From Lachnospiraceae bacterium UBA7027 (GTDB lineage Bacteria; Bacillota; Clostridia; Lachnospirales; Lachnospiraceae): a stretch of DNA of 64,000 nt. The stretch spans positions 10,036 through 74,035 of the forward strand of contig DLBG01000035.1 in NCBI GenBank assembly GCA_002494135.1. Direction: 5' to 3'. Shown piece after piece: positions 59,208 to 64,000 of this stretch. The stretch's first letter is position 1. Each line of letters begins with the position of its first letter. The position numbers were made by a program, and so were the translations under genes. The notes under the pieces are model-generated. The model was not told the origin of the DNA, made no database searches, and saw only the letters and a list, made by a program, of their open reading frames with translations.

Positions 59208-60338
59208 TTATTTGTAAACGACCGGAATCTGTACGCCGGTTACCTCAAGTGCTTCCCGAAATACTTTAAAGAAGTCTTTGATGTCGCTTTCGTCAATGGC
59301 ACCGAGTGCGCATAAACGGAAGGTGTTGGTCGTGGAAATTTTACCCGGGTAAATGGTAAATCCTCTTTCATAACAATAATCGTGAACCTTCTCAAAACTC
59401 CAATTCTCATCATCCGGATAGATGGCGGAGGAAACGAGTCCGGCCCTGAACTGCGGTTTGATTACCTGCTTGAATCCCAGTTCGTCCAGGCCCTCGTTGA
59501 TGGCATTGAAGACTCTCGTGTGTCTTGCCCATTTGGCCTCTTCTCCCTCGGCCCAGTATTCTTTCAATGCTTCGATAGTAGCGTAAACCGTTTGTACGGG
59601 CGGTGTAAAATGCATCTCTCCCGTTTTCTCGAAGTAATCGTACTGAAGGAAAAGATTACAGTAGTAGGACCGTTTCGGATAATCCCTGGAAGCTTCTAAA
59701 ATCGCTCTGTTTCCGACCACGAAGGAAAGACCGGTCATGGCCATTAATCCCTTCTGCGCGCTTGCCATACAGAAATCGATATTGTCCTGTCGGATATTAA
59801 TCGGGCGCATTGCATAGGTTGATGTGGTATCCACGGTAAAAATCGCATTATACTTATGAGCCAGTGCTCCGATTTCACGGATGGGATTTAAAATTCCCGT
59901 ACCGGTTTCGTTGTGCGTGGTATGTACAAGTCTGATATCGGGATTCTCCCGTAATGTTTTTTCCACCACCGCAAGATCCGGCTGTTCGTCCACGGGAAAT
60001 TTTAAATTGATAAAAGGAAGGTTGTAGTATTCGCAGATTTCCGCCGCTCTCGTGCTGTATGCACCGTTATTAATCACCAGTATCTTTCCGCCTTCCGGGA
60101 GCAGTGAATTCAGACAGACATCAATGTTGATGGTTCCGCTTCCGCAGAATAAAACGGAGGTGTATTCGTTTAAATCCCCGTGTACGATTCTGACCAGGTC
60201 CTCTCTTAAGCCCTTCATAAGTCCCGCGAATTCTTTCTCTCTTGGGCAGATATCGGGAACGACCTGCGCATATTTTACGGTATCCGTTGTAGTGGACGGT
60301 CCCGGATTTAAAAGAACATTTCTTTTGATTGCTTCCAT
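59208..60338 (-). CDS. aepZ: 2-aminoethylphosphonate aminotransferase (class V PLP)
   Basis: LLNPGP, HNETGTG, SAQKG, FTPP, GFTIYPGK. Confidence 0.92.
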   Translation of the reverse strand: MEAIKRNVLLNPGPSTTTDTVKYAQVVPDICPREKEFAGLMKGLREDLVRIVHGDLNEYTSVLFCGSGTINIDVCLNSLLPEGGKILVINNGAYSTRAAEICEYYNLPFINLKFPVDEQPDLAVVEKTLRENPDIRLVHTTHNETGTGILNPIREIGALAHKYNAIFTVDTTSTYAMRPINIRQDNIDFCMASAQKGLMAMTGLSFVVGNRAILEASRDYPKRSYYCNLFLQYDYFEKTGEMHFTPPVQTVYATIEALKEYWAEGEEAKWARHTRVFNAINEGLDELGFKQVIKPQFRAGLVSSAIYPDDENWSFEKVHDYCYERGFTIYPGKISTTNTFRLCALGAIDESDIKDFFKVFREALEVTGVQIPVVYK

Positions 60339-60370
60339 GGTTCTCCTTTCATGCAGTGTAAGTACTGCAA

Positions 60371-61261
60371 TTAAACGTCGTATGTTTTGTCAATGGCCTT
60401 CAGTTCACGCAACGTATCGATTTCGATGATATCCTCCGCACTGCATTCACTTACATGCACTTTGTAATTCTCTTTTTTGTATACAAGCGGCACCTGTTCC
60501 CAGTATCGTTCTCTGCCGCCCGGTGATTCATAAACGCTTGCGATGTCCTTTTCCAGTTTCTTTCCGTCTTCCTCATCCCAGTAGGAGATGCCGACCATCT
60601 GCCAGCAGTCGGTACCGCCGACCTTCTCCTCCAAGATGACGCCGTTTTTGACCGTAAAACACCAGTCATCGGTTTTCTCCACGGGAATGGCAAGAAAATC
60701 GGAATGATAATGATACTTCTTCACAATCTTCGGATTGGACAAAAGAAGATCCGCTTCAAACACATAGGCTCTCGAAAGCAGCGACTTTGCAATCACTGCG
60801 GAACTGATGTTGTTCGCTTCGTTGTATACGGGATTCTCCAGAAAATGAATCATCGGATATTTGTACAAAAGCTGGTCAAACTGCTCGGCCAGATATCCGC
60901 GCACAATGTAGATTTCCTCGATTCCGGCTGCCAGACAGGCATCCAGAAGATGATCGATAATACGCACGCCCTTTACGCGCACCAGGGGTTTCGGGGTATT
61001 TAAAGTAATCGGAACCATACGGCTTCCGAATCCAGCTGCGATAAAAACGGCACGCTTTACACGGTAGGGTTCCAGCGCGGCAAGTCCGCGTTCCGTCACT
61101 TCACCGTCCGATAAAAGGCCCTCATCCGTCAGTTCTTTTATGGCTTTGTTTACCGAGCCGAGTGAACATCCGAGGGTTTTGGTGACATCCCGCTGCGTCA
61201 TGGGACCGTCACCGGTCGCAATCGCCGATAAAACGTCGAATTGTCTTTCTGTAAGCTTCAT
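60371..61261 (-). CDS. Winged-HTH + LicC/PntC-like nucleotidyltransferase fusion
   Basis: TQRDVTKTLGCSLGSVNKAIKEL HTH; AAGFGSRM.P.T..TPKPL; NNISS; EADL; EIDT. Confidence 0.9.
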   Translation of the reverse strand: MKLTERQFDVLSAIATGDGPMTQRDVTKTLGCSLGSVNKAIKELTDEGLLSDGEVTERGLAALEPYRVKRAVFIAAGFGSRMVPITLNTPKPLVRVKGVRIIDHLLDACLAAGIEEIYIVRGYLAEQFDQLLYKYPMIHFLENPVYNEANNISSAVIAKSLLSRAYVFEADLLLSNPKIVKKYHYHSDFLAIPVEKTDDWCFTVKNGVILEEKVGGTDCWQMVGISYWDEEDGKKLEKDIASVYESPGGRERYWEQVPLVYKKENYKVHVSECSAEDIIEIDTLRELKAIDKTYDV

Positions 61262-61301
61262 TTGACACCTCTTGTCGTTTCTGATGGTTTTTTTCTTCTT
61301 G

Positions 61302-61367
61302 TGTTCATTTTTTACAAGAAAAACGAATCACATGAACATTAAACCACGCAGTAACGACCCGTGTCAA
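61302..61367 (-). promoter_or_regulatory. Phosphonate operon promoter with inverted repeat operator
   Basis: TTGACA-N18-TTTAAT with extended TG (61367-61338); TGTTCAT (61302-61308) / ATGAACA (61332-61338). Confidence 0.65.
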
Positions 61368-61382
61368 GGAAGACTTACGATT

Positions 61383-61829
61383 TTAAAATGAATAATAGGT
61401 ATACGGCGTCGAATGGCCCGGATAACCGTTTGTCGCTCCGTTAAAAACCGACATGCCGCAGCCTGCCATAAAAATAATGGTAAGAAGCAAAGCCACGCCG
61501 CCGACAATCAGTCCGGCAACAGCAAGTTTCTTTCCGATGTGGACCTTTTTTGTCGTCACTTCCGCCTCAAGCATGACTCTGTTGTGAAGCACAAAAACAA
61601 CAGCAGCCATAATCACCGCACCGATGACATAGATGAAACAGCAAAGCGGAAACCAGCAAAACAGCAGTGCCAGTACAGACCAAAACAGCGTATTAATTCC
61701 GAAAATCATAGCCGTAATCTCCTTACCCGGACATTTCGACGGCTGCCGTCTCGCTGCCCGAAAACGTTCATAATTGGTTGCATATCCCTGGTCTTCATCA
61801 AATCTGTTATATCCGTTAAATCCGTCCAT
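61383..61829 (-). CDS. Small membrane protein (about 3 TM)
   Basis: GGAGG RBS; hydrophobic segments. Confidence 0.75.
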   Translation of the reverse strand: MDGFNGYNRFDEDQGYATNYERFRAARRQPSKCPGKEITAMIFGINTLFWSVLALLFCWFPLCCFIYVIGAVIMAAVVFVLHNRVMLEAEVTTKKVHIGKKLAVAGLIVGGVALLLTIIFMAGCGMSVFNGATNGYPGHSTPYTYYSF

Positions 61830-61922
61830 GCCGGTTCCTCCCTGGTTTATTACAATAAGTCGGCTGCTGCATTCATTATAACAGATAACCCGGCAATGTC
61901 ACCATCCAAAACATCCGCACCG

Positions 61923-64000
61923 CTACCGGATAAATCCCCGGATTCTGAATTTGCCGAACATATTCTTTTCTAAAAAAATCGCTCCCTGCCCGGAGGTCAG
62001 ATACATTTCGCTTCCGGCACACCTTAAACGCTCCACCGTCTCCTTATGCGGATGCCCGTAGACATTGTTTCGCCCGCAGGAAATAACGGCATAGTCCGGT
62101 TTCAGCCCCAGTATAAAATCTTCCGAGTTCGAATCATTCGCCGAACCGTGATGTGCGCATTTTAAAACAGCGACGGTTTCTTTTCCCGCATTTTCGAACG
62201 CACCTTTCCCTTCTTTTTTCATAAAATACTCTTTTACGGCTTCTTCGCCCAGCACCGTTGAATCACCCATCAGAAAGACTTCCTGCGTGTATCGTCTGTT
62301 TTGACTTTCATACAGCAATACGAGCGAAGAGTCGTTTCTGTCTTCATACCGCTTATGCGGGTTTGGTGACATCACCCGGAAGAAGTATTCTGCGCCTTGG
62401 GATGCCGGACCAATTATGTCTCCTTCTTTCAGATAAAGAACCGGGATGCCTCTTTGTTTTGCAAGATGTTTCACTTTCCAGAAGTCCGTTTCGTCCTCTT
62501 TACTGACAACCGGTAACGCTATGGCGCGAACAACAATTTCTCCGTCAGCAAGTACCTGTTCGAATCCGTTGATATGATCCGCATCTTCGTGTGTCAGAAA
62601 CCATACATCCACCGCCTTTTCCCCCTCATACCGAAGGTACGGCACAATGATTTTCTCCCCGACATTTTTCTTTGATGTGGACCCCCCGTCTACCATGTAC
62701 ACTTTTCCGTCACCGGTTCTGATAAAGATTCCGTCTCCCTGGCCGACATCGAGAAACGTTACCCCTGCCTTCTTCGGCGTTGTCATCAAAAAAATCATAC
62801 CCAGACTTACAAGTACAAAGAAAAGGATTCTTCGGACCAGATCCGCTGCCTTTACAATCCGCAGCTCTTCCGTGATTTTATCCTGCTTTCCCTGTCCGCT
62901 GTCCCTCAAACGGACTGCTTCGTTCAGACAGTGATAATACTTAAGTTTCATTCTTCGTTTGAGCGAAAGTGTAAACGCGGTAATTAAAACTACAAATGTA
63001 GTATATATCAATACTCTCCCGATCTGCGGAGCCTTCACGTTTAAATGAATGAAAGAGATCCTGTTCATAATCCGCACGGCAGATTCCATTGCAAAAAGAA
63101 TACTCTTTGTAAGAAGCGCAAACAGCGAAGCACCTCTTGGGAAAAAAAAGGAAAAGGCAACCAGAATAAAAGCACACGCAAACAATACCGGCATGGCAGG
63201 AATCACCAACATGTTCAAAAGAAATCCCCCGAACGATACACTGTTAAAACTGCGAAGGATTACGGGGAGTGTCACGGCGAATACCGAGAAGGAAACAAAG
63301 AATCCGTCCGTCCACTTCTTTTTTCCGGGTTTCGCACTTTCCAGACAGGGATAAAGAAAAACGATGCCTCCAAAGGCAAGGTAGGTAAGTAAAAAAGAGC
63401 TGTCCTGCACCATAAAGGGAAATGCAAGGCAGGTCAGAAATGCCCCCAGCGCCAAAGCGGTCGGCGGATCGTATGCTTTCTTTAAGTTCCGTGCAAGCAG
63501 CCGGTAGGAAAACATAAAAACGGCCCGAAAGACGCTCGGTGCGAATCCCACCATCAGACCGTATAAAAACAGAATTCCGACCGTCAGCACAAAAGAGGCT
63601 TTTTTCGGCAGTGGAAAGAAAGTAAGCAGCGCATAAAGAAACGCTCCGATTAAGGAGATGTGAAGTCCGCTGATGGCAAGGATGTGCGAGATTCCTCCGT
63701 CGCGGTACATTTCCTTCACGTCTTTTGAAAGATTCTCTTTCTCGCCAAAGAGCATTGCCGAAAGAATGCCTCCGTAATTCCTGCCAAGATAATCGTTATA
63801 TTTTGCACTGCAGATTCTTCGAAGACGGTACATCATTTCCGGAATGGTTAACCGACCGGCCTCTGCTTTTCCGCCTGCATCCTTCGCCTGATAAAGTACA
63901 TACCGGTATCCTCTGGCTCTGTAATATTTCCCGGCATCAAACTCTCCGGGATTCGTAGCCTTACTTATACAGGATACTTCTCCCCTTAAAACGGTTTTTC
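61923..64000 (-). CDS. comEC: ComEC/Rec2 DNA uptake channel, 5' end beyond the window
   Basis: HILAISGLH, FLDVGQGD, THEDADH, HHGS, YGHPH; frame stays open past 63836 through ATNPGEFD to the window edge. Confidence 0.96.
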   Translation of the reverse strand, partial: KTVLRGEVSCISKATNPGEFDAGKYYRARGYRYVLYQAKDAGGKAEAGRLTIPEMMYRLRRICSAKYNDYLGRNYGGILSAMLFGEKENLSKDVKEMYRDGGISHILAISGLHISLIGAFLYALLTFFPLPKKASFVLTVGILFLYGLMVGFAPSVFRAVFMFSYRLLARNLKKAYDPPTALALGAFLTCLAFPFMVQDSSFLLTYLAFGGIVFLYPCLESAKPGKKKWTDGFFVSFSVFAVTLPVILRSFNSVSFGGFLLNMLVIPAMPVLFACAFILVAFSFFFPRGASLFALLTKSILFAMESAVRIMNRISFIHLNVKAPQIGRVLIYTTFVVLITAFTLSLKRRMKLKYYHCLNEAVRLRDSGQGKQDKITEELRIVKAADLVRRILFFVLVSLGMIFLMTTPKKAGVTFLDVGQGDGIFIRTGDGKVYMVDGGSTSKKNVGEKIIVPYLRYEGEKAVDVWFLTHEDADHINGFEQVLADGEIVVRAIALPVVSKEDETDFWKVKHLAKQRGIPVLYLKEGDIIGPASQGAEYFFRVMSPNPHKRYEDRNDSSLVLLYESQNRRYTQEVFLMGDSTVLGEEAVKEYFMKKEGKGAFENAGKETVAVLKCAHHGSANDSNSEDFILGLKPDYAVISCGRNNVYGHPHKETVERLRCAGSEMYLTSGQGAIFLEKNMFGKFRIRGFIR

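Noticed and set aside
16278-61367. Several promoters with 18-bp spacers
   Set aside because: Others here have 17 bp; within the normal SigA range and the sample is small and hand-picked

Overview
Chromosomal window from a Clostridia-type Firmicute (Lachnospiraceae-like by gene content and order; inferred), with genes mostly on the minus strand. 1-12.4 kb is a monoderm Tad/Flp pilus locus: TadZ-like, TadA, TadB, TadC, an atypical Flp pilin, two TadE-like proteins, a DUF5702-type protein, an A24 prepilin peptidase, a WG-repeat protein and a truncated DUF6382-like gene. Directly upstream are a membrane Ser/Thr kinase with TPRs and an internal array of five T-E-V-L/I motifs, and four tandem paralogous TM-TPR proteins (14.9-21.6 kb). 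Next come a protease-less Lon-like ATPase operon, MATE/AraC, envelope genes, flotillin, and a tRNA-Pro with the rare AGG anticodon and its own promoter and terminator. The rest holds ACT-hom-lysC, glnS, tig-clpP-clpX-lon-yihA, glyA, mutY and holA, plus a 2-aminoethylphosphonate biosynthesis cluster (wHTH-cytidylyltransferase, aepZ, aepX, aepY) lying between comEC and holA. No integrase, transposase, rRNA or CRISPR array was seen. The top leads are the tRNA-Pro(AGG) with matching CCC/CCU codon bias, and a candidate kinase/phospho-Thr/FHA circuit controlling the Tad pilus. Family assignments come from motif recognition by eye; no searches were run.
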